In this document: positions 20,504 through 30,033 of the stretch, one piece after another
How the letters are laid out: each line of letters opens with the position of its first letter
Numbering within the stretch: the first letter of the stretch is position 1
Source: Promethearchaeota archaeon
Lineage (GTDB): Archaea > Asgardarchaeota > Thorarchaeia > Thorarchaeales > Thorarchaeaceae
DNA length: 64,000 nt
Assembly: GCA_014728035.1 (NCBI GenBank)
Contig: WJMJ01000131.1
Location: 117,381-181,380 of the forward strand
Direction of reading: 5' to 3'
Made by a program: the position numbers and the translations under genes
The notes under the pieces: model-generated
The model's input: only the letters and a program-made list of their open reading frames with translations
Database searches by the model: none
Told to the model about the DNA's origin: nothing

Positions 20504-22810
20504 ATGATGCGAGTTCTGCAAGTTGATGATGATGAAATGACTTTGTTCATTTCATTAAAACATCTTGAAAAGAATATCCCTGGAATCGATTTAATACAAA
20601 TCAAAACTGCGAAAGAAGCTCTTGAGAAGTTGGAGAGTGCCCAGTTCGATGCAATAATATGTGATTATCAGATGCCAGGTATGGATGGACTGGAATTACT
20701 AGACATCATTCGGAAAAAAAGAGTTACAATCCCTTTCATTATCTTCACAGGCAAAGGAAGAGAAGAGGTTGCAATAAATGCATTAAATCTTGGAGCAGAT
20801 TATTATGTTGAGAAAAGAGGGGATGCCAAAAGTCAGTATGCAGAACTCGCACATGTCTTGAAAAGAGTTATTGCACATCACAAGTCAAAAACAATGTTGG
20901 AGCAAGAGAGGAAAAGAACCCAAAAGTACCTTGATGTAGCTGGTGTAATTCTTTTGGCTCTTGATACAAAGGGCAATGTGACTATGATTAATCAGAAAGG
21001 TTGCGAGATATTAGAACTGACGAAAGAAGAAATTATTGGAAAGAACTGGTTTTCCGAGTTCTTGCCAAAAGGTCAACAAGATGAAATCTTCAAGATATTC
21101 AAAGATATAATGAACGGAAGAATATCTGAGCATGAGTACGAAGAAGGAGGGTTGATATCAAGAGGGGGGGTGGTGAAAACGATTGCATGGAATAATACTC
21201 TTCTTTATGATGATGAGGGAAATGTGATTGGGACGCTTTCTTCTGGCATGGATGTTACAGAAATCAAAAAGACCGAATTTCGACTCAAACGTGCATTAGC
21301 AAAAGTAGAGAATCATCGTCAATATCAAGAGTTGCTATTTGAAGCAGCTCGGTCAGTTCTAACAAACATGGTATTCGATAACGCATCAAAAGAGGTATTT
21401 GAAGTATGTAAAACACTCACTGGGGCTCGATCGGGTTTCATTGCATTGCTTTCTGAAGATGGGACAACAAATGATAATATCTTAATAGATGGAGGTGGGG
21501 AGGAATGCAAGGTTGACCCAGAATTACCAACTATTATCAGAGGTTTGCGAAAAGTCGCATACCAGGAATGCAGATCAGTTTATGATAACAGCTATATGGA
21601 AAGCAAATGGACTAAATATATGCCAGAGGGCCATGTAGCATTGTATAATGTCTTGCTAGTTCCACTGATCATCCGAGATGAGGCTGTAGGATTAATCGGT
21701 CTAGCAAATAAGCCAGAACCATTTACTGAAGACGATGTGAAAACAGTAGAGGTGTTGGCTGAAATTGCTTCAGTCTCATTGGAGACTGATAAAAATAGAG
21801 AAGCCCTAAAAGAGAGCGAGGAAAGATTTCATACCTTTTTCAGTAATGCTCCATTTCCAGCTGCAGTGTTAAACGAAGAGGGGCGGTTCCTTCTATGTAA
21901 TCAAGAGTTAGAGAGGTTCTTGGGTTATTCACAAGAAGAGTTTCGCGAATTTAGCTTCATAAATATCACCCATCCAGAGGATATAGCAATAGACCAAGCT
22001 TTGTTTGAAGAAGTGCAAAAAGGTGAACGTGACTCCTACGTAATAGACAAGAGGTATATACGAAAAAATGGAGAAATAATCTGGGGGAGATTAGGTACAT
22101 CAGTAGTACGTGATGGGTCAGGTGGCTTGAAATATGTATTTGGAATCATCTCTCGTACAGGAGAACGTAAACCACCGCCAGCTACAAAGAAAGAGATGGT
22201 TCAAGAGGTTAGTGAGCTAGTACACTCGGTGTCCCATGATTTGAGAGGAAGTATCAGCAATATCGCAGGTCTTGCAACCCTATTTCAAGAAGAACAAGAT
22301 TCTAAGTATATTGAAAAACTGGTGCATATAACAAAGAATATGCAAGATTTGCTTAACCGATTTGTAGAACTAATTGATGCAGGACTTGTTACAGAGTCGT
22401 TAGAGCATATTAACCTCAATGAGCTAGTTGACAATCTTGCCCAAGACATAATACCAGACCATATAAATTTCAGACGAGAGAATCTACCAAATGTGATAGG
22501 AGACCCTGTTCGGGTTGAACAATTGTTCAGAAATCTATTTGTCAATGCAGTTGAACATGGTAATCCGACATCAATCAGAGTATATTCAAAAAGCCATGAT
22601 GATGGATTTGCTATTTTTGTTTCCAACAATGGAGACCCAATCCCTATAGAGTATGCCAAGAAGATATTTTCTAGAGGTTTTACCACAAAGGAGCACGGTA
22701 CTGGAATTGGACTGACAATCGTTCAACGAGTTGCTGAAGCTCATAACTGGCAGATAAATCTTGAGAGTGTAGATGAACCTACTTTCAGGATATTCATTCC
22801 AATGCGATAG
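20504..22810 (+). CDS. Hybrid sensor histidine kinase (REC-PAS-GAF-PAS-HisKA-HATPase)
   Basis: VDDD/DYQMPGMDG receiver, PAS domains, GAF (GLIGLANK), SHDLR, NLFVNAVEHG, GTGIGL. Confidence 0.95.
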   Translation: MMRVLQVDDDEMTLFISLKHLEKNIPGIDLIQIKTAKEALEKLESAQFDAIICDYQMPGMDGLELLDIIRKKRVTIPFIIFTGKGREEVAINALNLGADYYVEKRGDAKSQYAELAHVLKRVIAHHKSKTMLEQERKRTQKYLDVAGVILLALDTKGNVTMINQKGCEILELTKEEIIGKNWFSEFLPKGQQDEIFKIFKDIMNGRISEHEYEEGGLISRGGVVKTIAWNNTLLYDDEGNVIGTLSSGMDVTEIKKTEFRLKRALAKVENHRQYQELLFEAARSVLTNMVFDNASKEVFEVCKTLTGARSGFIALLSEDGTTNDNILIDGGGEECKVDPELPTIIRGLRKVAYQECRSVYDNSYMESKWTKYMPEGHVALYNVLLVPLIIRDEAVGLIGLANKPEPFTEDDVKTVEVLAEIASVSLETDKNREALKESEERFHTFFSNAPFPAAVLNEEGRFLLCNQELERFLGYSQEEFREFSFINITHPEDIAIDQALFEEVQKGERDSYVIDKRYIRKNGEIIWGRLGTSVVRDGSGGLKYVFGIISRTGERKPPPATKKEMVQEVSELVHSVSHDLRGSISNIAGLATLFQEEQDSKYIEKLVHITKNMQDLLNRFVELIDAGLVTESLEHINLNELVDNLAQDIIPDHINFRRENLPNVIGDPVRVEQLFRNLFVNAVEHGNPTSIRVYSKSHDDGFAIFVSNNGDPIPIEYAKKIFSRGFTTKEHGTGIGLTIVQRVAEAHNWQINLESVDEPTFRIFIPMR

Positions 22811-23122
22811 TTCAGATTGCGAATTGGACCAAGATAGACTGATTGTAAGATTATTTCAGAAAGAGAAATGTATTTTGACATGCCATTTTGATGAGTTAAA
22901 TATCTCAAATTCTATGGCTTTAATAGATTCGATTCGCCATGTGGTATCAGAAGAACACAAAACACCCAGAGCATGCCCACACAAACCACACCAAATCCCC
23001 CCACAACCGCGCCGCGTTCTGCGGCGCACCTCTTTTTCAGAGTTTCAGGAATTCGGATTCAATGTTTCATTTGCATTGAGTTCATAAAAGGTTGAAACGT
23101 CGTATTATAAAGACGGATTAGA

Positions 23123-23875
23123 ATGCCTGATGAAAAAGTAAGAAAACAACCACACTATGGACACTATGCACTACAGTGGATGGGCTACACCGTGTTTTTC
23201 ATGTACCTTGTTGCAGTGATATTATCATACCTATATCTCGTTCTAGCTGGTGTTATTGTTGCTATCTTTGGAACGTATCTCATAACTTCATATATGATCG
23301 GGCTTCGTATATTGGACCAACATAATCCCTTCCCCCCACCAAAAACACTTAAGCTCACTGGAGAGGAACATGTCTTAGATATCGGCTGTGGACTTGGAAA
23401 AATGACAGTTGGTATCGCAAAGAAACTGACCACTGGAAAGGTCACTGGACTTGACCTCTGGGTAAGTGCTGAGATTCCTGGTAACTCACCAGAGAGAGCT
23501 AAGAAAAATGCACAGCTAGAGGCCGTAGAAGATAGAGTCGAATTTGAAAGTGGCGATGTTAGATCCATGCAGTTCAACGATTCCACTTTTGACGTTGTGA
23601 CTGCTCTCACTTTGATGAACAATATCAGAGGTCATGAAGACAAGATGCTTGCTCTTTCTGAGATCTTACGTGTATTAAAGCCAGATTGCCAATTCTTACT
23701 GGTTGAAGTCCCCCGAGACCGTTGGGGAATGCTTATGGTAACTCCATTGATGTACTGGAGTATGCTAAAGAAAGAGCAATGGATAGAGCTCCTTGAAGAA
23801 GTAGGATTTGTAGACATATCATACGAAAGATACAGAAAAATGACCACAATCCTAGCAAGAAAACCAGCTAGGTAG
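23123..23875 (+). CDS. Membrane-anchored class I SAM methyltransferase
   Basis: 2 N-terminal TM helices; VLDIGCGLG; EILRVLKP. Confidence 0.9.
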   Translation: MPDEKVRKQPHYGHYALQWMGYTVFFMYLVAVILSYLYLVLAGVIVAIFGTYLITSYMIGLRILDQHNPFPPPKTLKLTGEEHVLDIGCGLGKMTVGIAKKLTTGKVTGLDLWVSAEIPGNSPERAKKNAQLEAVEDRVEFESGDVRSMQFNDSTFDVVTALTLMNNIRGHEDKMLALSEILRVLKPDCQFLLVEVPRDRWGMLMVTPLMYWSMLKKEQWIELLEEVGFVDISYERYRKMTTILARKPAR

Positions 23876-23948
23876 AATACCAGACTGTTATCATAGGCCT
23901 AGCTGGCGACGATTTACATTCTTCAATTGGATATACTACTAGAGATAA

Positions 23949-24428
23949 TCAGATGGTATCTAACTCAGAGAGAAGATATTTCTTGTTTCCTTCTTTTTCA
24001 ATCTGCTTAGCTGACTTCTTTGCCAGTTCGAAGTATTTCTTGAAATCGTCAGCATCCCGGTCGATTAGGGAATGTGCTCTAGCTAATGCCTCATAGGCAA
24101 ATGAGAGGTCGAAGTCACCAATCCCATTCTCTTCACAGATTTCAAGGCTGCGATTTGCATGATACATAGCGGCTTTGGGTAGTTCTAGTAGCGCATAAAC
24201 ACGAGATATCTGCCATTCTCCACGTGCCAGATTAACTGGTCCTGTTCCTTCCTCACCGGATTCTACTATTACTCCCCAATGATAGCGTGACGCATGAGCT
24301 GAGTGAATCATATCATCATTGTCAGCTCGAGTCCTATCTGCTCCCTTGTCAATCAAGTCCCATGTACGATTAAAGAGACTCTTTGCCATCTTCTTATGCC
24401 ATTCTAATTCCGATCTTTCGTCTGTCAT
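23949..24428 (-). CDS. Conserved helical hypothetical protein
   Basis: LFNRTWDLI...AHASRYHW...RGEWQISRVY...FAYEALARA, a TPR-like helical pattern. Confidence 0.75.
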   Translation of the reverse strand: MTDERSELEWHKKMAKSLFNRTWDLIDKGADRTRADNDDMIHSAHASRYHWGVIVESGEEGTGPVNLARGEWQISRVYALLELPKAAMYHANRSLEICEENGIGDFDLSFAYEALARAHSLIDRDADDFKKYFELAKKSAKQIEKEGNKKYLLSELDTI

Positions 24429-24573
24429 GGAATATACTCCATTCAGTACATGACTCAATGAAGCTTATAATAACCACTATTCTGCCACCTTCACAAGTAT
24501 GAGGACGAACATACTACGCCTGCCACCCATAAACGAATACAACTGTAGAACAAGATATTCACTAAGATAGGTT

Positions 24574-24611
24574 GCGGACGTGACGACTCAAAACAAAATA
24601 GTCAGCGAGGA
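24574..24611 (+). repeat. Degenerate third copy of the right half of the 66-bp repeat
   Basis: gactcaaaacaaaatagtcagcgagga versus gactgcaaaagaaaaatagtctgcgagga. Confidence 0.5.
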
Positions 24612-24679
24612 ACACAAGCACACAGACATATAAGATTGTAAACAAATAATGTATACGTATACTAAAGCGATTACATGTG

Positions 24680-24919
24680 ATGCTAATGACAGTATCGTCG
24701 GTTAGACTGACAGAGGAAGAGAAGGCCTTTCTAGAGAGACTTGTTGCTGAGGGGAGATTTGAATCCATTAGTGAGGCACTAAAGGCTGGAATATACCAGT
24801 TGATGAGGGAAGAGAAACTCCAACAAGTACCGTGGCAGACTTGTGATGATGTGAGACGGTATTTTGCAGATCGGGAAAAGAAACTGAAGGGGCTTGAAGA
24901 GGAACATGAAGAAGAATAG
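24680..24919 (+). CDS. Ribbon-helix-helix antitoxin (CopG/ParD-like)
   Basis: SVRLTEEEKAFLERLVAEGRFESISEALKAG with an acidic tail; overlaps the PIN gene. Confidence 0.85.
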   Translation: MLMTVSSVRLTEEEKAFLERLVAEGRFESISEALKAGIYQLMREEKLQQVPWQTCDDVRRYFADREKKLKGLEEEHEEE

Positions 24920-25376
24920 GATATATCTGGAGGCCTCGGCACTATGGAATCTTTTCTACGGCGAACCAGGAGAAAATCTTGTAGAATATCTACTTCTTCA
25001 TAATGAGTACCTCTGTCTAACGTCAATCTGGAGCCAACTTGAGATACATAGAGGAATTCAGAAACGTATCAATCAGTCAGAGATAACCTCTGAAGAGGGA
25101 ACAAATCTTAGGATATACATAGATACCCATCTACAACAACTGACTACCAGACGAAGGTTGGAACAGGTTCCAGTAGTTGAGGAGCATGTAGAACTCGCCA
25201 AGTCGTTGATAGTGGAATGCAATCTCTATGCATCCGATGCATTACATGTTGCTACTGCTCTGAACAATGCATGTGAGACGATCTTTGTGGATGACTATCA
25301 TATGGAGCGACTGCATGACCGAATTGCCCCACGCCTGCGTATCATGAGGACTTCAGCAGAGATTGAGGATATATGA
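24906..25376 (+). CDS. vapC: PIN-domain (VapC-like) toxin
   Basis: IYLEASAL...E...LYASDALHVATA...VDD acidic PIN residues. Confidence 0.85.
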   Translation: MKKNRIYLEASALWNLFYGEPGENLVEYLLLHNEYLCLTSIWSQLEIHRGIQKRINQSEITSEEGTNLRIYIDTHLQQLTTRRRLEQVPVVEEHVELAKSLIVECNLYASDALHVATALNNACETIFVDDYHMERLHDRIAPRLRIMRTSAEIEDI

Positions 25377-25636
25377 AACAGATATCTGAACAAGTGACGT
25401 AATGTACAACCGCCCGCACCTCACGTTTTCTGGACATGCTCGCAATACCTATAATGAGTGTTTGAAGTACGATTTGTGCCTGTACTATCAGACACAAAAC
25501 GAATGCGCAATATGTTCTTGGACTTCCACACAATCATTCAAAGACCGAAAATACCCAGCAAATGGTCGTAGGAAAGAAAACATGTGAATATTTTTTAGTA
25601 TTCATACTAGTTAACAAGGTAAGGAAGTGGGAGATT

Positions 25637-27466
25637 ATGAAGAGATACAAATCAACTTTTGAGAAACTTATTCGACTTCGTAGATATGGAGAGATTGAGG
25701 CCCTCTGTGACAGGCTAATCCAGAACGAGGGGTGGAATGCAATCAGGTCTCTGTTTGCTGACTTGCCGGTGATGGATCATGCCCCCAAAGGATTCACAAT
25801 GATAGACAAAGAAAAGGCATACATTGCAAAAGCAATACTTCAAGATAGGGACAAATTATACCATGTGCGTGGGGGAGAATTCGTTTTGGGAATCCCCTTA
25901 GGAAAAATGCGGGATGCACTGGTCAAACTGTATAGGATAGAGTCAATCAAAGGTATAGATACACCTCTATTGGAGCTCAGTCTCGATTTGAACCCAGACA
26001 ACCTTGAAGAATTACGTACTCAAATCATACCAATATGTATTGAACATTTACTCGACCAAATCAAGACCAAAAACACGTTCTTCTTGGATTTTGAAGAGAT
26101 TGCATCATCACTATATGCAAGCATTATTCCAAACTTGATAGATGCTCGGAAGCAAGAAATTGAGGCGCTTGAAGGGGATAACGATATCAATGAATTGCTT
26201 CAGACATATTACGGATTTGAGGTTATAATAAGAGGGACGATACCAAGATACAATCGTGAGATCCCTAAAGGCCTGAAGCAGAAAACTGACAGTCTCTTCA
26301 GATTGATGAAGGTGAAAGGTACTATTACCAGTGAGGATCTACTCCCTCGAACCAGTCTTTTCCAGCACTGCTCTAAGTACTCAGCATTTCTACTGAATCA
26401 GATTGTTGAGATCTCCATTAGATCGAAACGAAAAAGAGCAAACTCTCTTAGAACTCTGGGATACTTGGGCGATTCACGCGCTATTCCATACATCATGCAC
26501 ATGTTCAATTCATATAACACCAGTTCGGAACACAAACATAAAGCTTTAATCAGAACAGTAATTGAAACTCTGGGAAACATTGGATGTGTCGAATCACTGA
26601 GAGTTCTAAGGGAGCATATCGATAAAATCCATCCGAACACACGAAAAGCTTTTGCTAAGATGGCCTTCTCAGACCCAGAGGAAGTGAAATCACTTCTTGA
26701 AACAATATACAAAATGGGAAGAAAACAGGCTAGTATCATAATTGAAGAGCTATGGAGACTAGAAGACTCCAGTGTGATTCCCATTTTAGAATGGGCACTA
26801 AAAAAACGGGATGTTAGGTCATTTTGTGCAATCCGAGCACTGAAATTATCTGGTGTACAGGGAAAACAAGTTCTGCTGGATCAGGGAGAACACATACCTG
26901 AACTAATGCTGGAAAGAAAATATCTCCGTGAGCTATCGTCTTCCAGAATAGGGTGGGACCTATTCCAATCACCAGGATTCTTTAGAGGAATGATGGAACT
27001 TCTTGAATACCCAGAAAAGGTCATAAAAGTCCCCAACGAAGTTTGGCGAAGGAGCCGACCAGAGTGGAAGGAGGAGTTCGCTAAGCCACTTGCCCAAGCA
27101 ATAAGAAGAGCAGACAAGATCTTCATACAGCTAGTACTTTCTATACCAGAAGGATATTTCCAATATCAGGACCTACAAGATGCAATGAACGAATCTCGGG
27201 AAAAGCTCATCACTCATATGAAGGACGAAAGAAGTTTGAGGGGAACGCTTAGACATATTGGTTATGGGAAAGCAGTTGATATCTGTATCAGATACCCAGA
27301 GATCGCTCAAGATGAGGAGATTGCCAAACTGGTTCTTCAAACTTTTGCAAAGGAATTTGAGAGACCAATATCGGTCAGAGAAGAGAGAATCGAGAAAATC
27401 AGACAGAACAAATGGCTCAGACAAAGTCCTTACTTTGAACTGATTGTAGAAAAGACAAAGAAATGA
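25637..27466 (+). CDS. HEAT-repeat (PBS lyase-like) protein
   Basis: RANSLRTLGYLGDSRAIPYI, IETLGNIG and LWRLEDSSVIPILEWAL repeats. Confidence 0.75.
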   Translation: MKRYKSTFEKLIRLRRYGEIEALCDRLIQNEGWNAIRSLFADLPVMDHAPKGFTMIDKEKAYIAKAILQDRDKLYHVRGGEFVLGIPLGKMRDALVKLYRIESIKGIDTPLLELSLDLNPDNLEELRTQIIPICIEHLLDQIKTKNTFFLDFEEIASSLYASIIPNLIDARKQEIEALEGDNDINELLQTYYGFEVIIRGTIPRYNREIPKGLKQKTDSLFRLMKVKGTITSEDLLPRTSLFQHCSKYSAFLLNQIVEISIRSKRKRANSLRTLGYLGDSRAIPYIMHMFNSYNTSSEHKHKALIRTVIETLGNIGCVESLRVLREHIDKIHPNTRKAFAKMAFSDPEEVKSLLETIYKMGRKQASIIIEELWRLEDSSVIPILEWALKKRDVRSFCAIRALKLSGVQGKQVLLDQGEHIPELMLERKYLRELSSSRIGWDLFQSPGFFRGMMELLEYPEKVIKVPNEVWRRSRPEWKEEFAKPLAQAIRRADKIFIQLVLSIPEGYFQYQDLQDAMNESREKLITHMKDERSLRGTLRHIGYGKAVDICIRYPEIAQDEEIAKLVLQTFAKEFERPISVREERIEKIRQNKWLRQSPYFELIVEKTKK

Positions 27467-27901
27467 TTCAGATAGTTCCAAGTGAGATTTCTCTATTTGC
27501 GTACATCTACGTGACGTGAATCCCAAGGATATCTAAGTGCACACAGTTTATCATTCTAGTAGAGTCGATAAGAGAATAGAACTGCTTCATTTTTGCAACA
27601 CAGAGAAGATCTAGAACAACAACAAGGTGGAAATATATCCGGTACAGCCTGAAAAAGACATCAATCAGATTATCCTATTTTATCAATCAACTATCTAAAC
27701 AAGTTAAGTATTGCGATTCATGTCCGTTTCTATTGGGAAGAACAACTCACGTCATCCTCAATAGGTTAGAAATAGTGATGAATTGCCGTCGCCAACAGTA
27801 AGCGGACTGAGTTTACTCAATAGTCGGTTATAGTCAGTAAAACTTCATCGTGGACACATTGGGGGTGGCCGAAACTGCTTGCAATAGTTAGATCACTATA
27901 C

Positions 27902-27967
27902 AGGATATAGCATATCCTCTACAGAGGACAAAGACTGCAAAAGAAAAATAGTCTGCGAGGATGATGA
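27902..27967 (+). repeat. 66-bp direct repeat, copy A
   Basis: 65/66 identical to 29178-29243. Confidence 0.95.
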
Positions 27968-27974
27968 GTTGTAT

Positions 27975-29114
27975 CTATTCAGCATCCTCTATTGTTTCAT
28001 GAAGAAGAGAAATCACACCCTTAAGAGACTCAACTTCGCGTTTGAGCATAGCCGTGAATTCCCTCGAATCTTGCAAATCCTCGTAGGGAATTGTTTTAGA
28101 TATTTGAAACCTACCATAAAGATCGATTCTATCCTTTCCAGAATACTTCTTTTCAATATCGGAAAGAGTGAAATCGCATTCCTCAGGAACTAGTCCATAT
28201 ACGGAATACCCTTCTTCAGTTTTCTTTAGGGATTCTACAAATTCTTCATAGTCCAGAACCTTCATTGAAATTTTAGGTAATGGTCCTTTTCGATGAACTC
28301 TGAAATATATTTTGAATCCATCTGGTTTCATTTTGAAAGCGAGAATTACTTTAGATTTCCATTTCTTAGATCTGAATTCTAGATTTTCGAAGGCCAGGTG
28401 TCCAGATTGTTTTTTGTCTAATTCATCAATATTCTTCACCAAAGATGCGATATAGGGTTCTAAGTTGAATAACTGACTCCTAACAGACAGATATCCCGAG
28501 ATATCTTCATTTTTGATCCCACTAAAGGAATTCATTTTCATTTTCTCCAAAATACGTTTAGTTTCCTTGAATAGAAAGGTAGATACAGCTTGTTCACACG
28601 AATTCGGGATAGAATCCGACTTTGTGGATTTATCAGATTCAATGAGACTGCTCAATGCTCTGTGCAGATCTTGCCATAGCATGATATCCACCGATTCTTT
28701 AGGGACTCCCTGCTTTGCAAGGACAGAGAGAATATCCTTTTTAGATTGACTAGTCTGGTCTGCAGTGACTAGAAGTCGGATATCACGATTCTTGTATCTG
28801 GTTTTTAGATCGTCATAGTATTTTCTGAGTTGGGAACTCTTCCCAGACGCGGCGTCGTGTTCTGATTTGACTTTGCTCTCAAATCCAATGACAATTTCAT
28901 CCCCGATCAGAAGACCGTCAATACGCCCATGATCAAGTGTTTCTTGGGAATGAATTATAAAATCGCAGTCCAGTCCCTTAAGTTTATCAAAGCCCAATTT
29001 GCAAAAAAGGGCCTTGCGCCTAGCAATATCAATCTTCTCAAGTACGGCCAGAAACCAGTTAGTAAGCTGGTCCTCGTTTCTTTTGTGAGGTTGATACAAG
29101 AGAGTTAGCCCCAT
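27975..29114 (-). CDS. PD-(D/E)XK nuclease family protein
   Basis: NEDQLT...GRIDGLL...GFESKV...QLRKY. Start reassigned to Met at 29114 (GGTGGT upstream, own TATA at ~29151-29158). Confidence 0.82.
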   Translation of the reverse strand: MGLTLLYQPHKRNEDQLTNWFLAVLEKIDIARRKALFCKLGFDKLKGLDCDFIIHSQETLDHGRIDGLLIGDEIVIGFESKVKSEHDAASGKSSQLRKYYDDLKTRYKNRDIRLLVTADQTSQSKKDILSVLAKQGVPKESVDIMLWQDLHRALSSLIESDKSTKSDSIPNSCEQAVSTFLFKETKRILEKMKMNSFSGIKNEDISGYLSVRSQLFNLEPYIASLVKNIDELDKKQSGHLAFENLEFRSKKWKSKVILAFKMKPDGFKIYFRVHRKGPLPKISMKVLDYEEFVESLKKTEEGYSVYGLVPEECDFTLSDIEKKYSGKDRIDLYGRFQISKTIPYEDLQDSREFTAMLKREVESLKGVISLLHETIEDAE

Positions 29115-29177
29115 CAATACCACCGTACAAGAAGAGTGTGAATCAGGGTTGATATAAACAAATTCAGGATGTAATTG

Positions 29178-29243
29178 AGGATATGGCATATCCTCTACAG
29201 AGGACAAAGACTGCAAAAGAAAAATAGTCTGCGAGGATGATGA
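29178..29243 (+). repeat. 66-bp direct repeat, copy B (23S 3' trailer/terminator region)
   Basis: Includes the base of the pre-23S stem and a minus-strand TTTTTCTTTT tract. Confidence 0.95.
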
Positions 29244-29487
29244 TCCACGATACACAGTAGTACACGTTCTACCCTTGGCAACTCTAGGTACTGGCGAGTT
29301 ACACTTTGGAACCGCACGCCTCGGACATTAGTAGCGGTGAGCTGAACACCTCGTCGAAACTTGGTGCTTACACCCCCGCCCTATTTACCTTGTCTTCTAC
29401 AAGAGTCCTCGTTTCCTAGCCACACGTTACTGTCACCAGTCCCGTGCTGCATTATGCGGCGCTAGTTAAGTGGATATCTAGTTTTGA

Positions 29488-29526
<39 letters not shown>

Positions 29527-29807
29527 TATGGCTTAGCTACCCCACGCTGCCCGATCGGACAATGGGTACACCATAGGCCACCACGATGCGTTCCTCTCGT
29601 ACCGGCATCCTGTTGCTCTCAGATATCCAACAGTCCTAATAGATAGAAACCGACCTGTCTCGCAACGGTCTAAACCCAGCTCACGTTCGATTTTAATCGG
29701 TGTGCACCCGCACCCTTCGGGCCTTATGCGACCCGAGGATATCAAGAGCCGACATCGAGGAAGCAAGCCGCGGGGTCGATAGGAACTCTTGCCCGCGACA
29801 ACTCTGT

Positions 29808-30023
29808 TTGGGGGTACCCAGAACGAATCTCAGACAGGAGAGCCTAGTTGTAAACTTGCTAAACTTACCAGCTCTCAAGCCTGCCGATAACTGTCGATCC
29901 GCGTTGCTATAAATACGGTCTCCCTTACACTCACATCAGAAAATCTGACGGTCATGTATCTTTCTTGGAAAGAGAGGGAGGTCGCACTTCTAGACGCGGA
30001 CACGACATTTACCGGGGGATACC
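29808..30023 (-). other. 23S rRNA intron 2 (216 nt, BHB-type, no ORF), between E. coli-equivalent A2450 and A2451
   Basis: GGGG-UA|G...GUAUCC/GGGUAC stem...CCCC-AA|A. Excision restores GGGGUAACAGAG. Confidence 0.88.
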
Positions 30024-30033
30024 TACCCCTGGG

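Noticed and set aside
27902-29243. CRISPR array
   Set aside because: Only two near-identical copies, 1.28 kb apart; no spacer periodicity and no cas genes.
29115-29255. N-terminal 47 aa of the track's 426-aa nuclease ORF
   Set aside because: Overlaps the repeat and rRNA trailer. A better start with SD and TATA lies at 29114.
29820-29960. C/D-box guide RNA inside intron 2
   Set aside because: CUGA occurs, but there is no canonical RUGAUGA C box at suitable spacing.
29808-30023. Group I intron or homing-endonuclease interpretation of the large insert (L2449 is a common group I site)
   Set aside because: No terminal omega-G, no recognisable P7 core and no LAGLIDADG/HNH ORF. The junctions fit BHB geometry instead.
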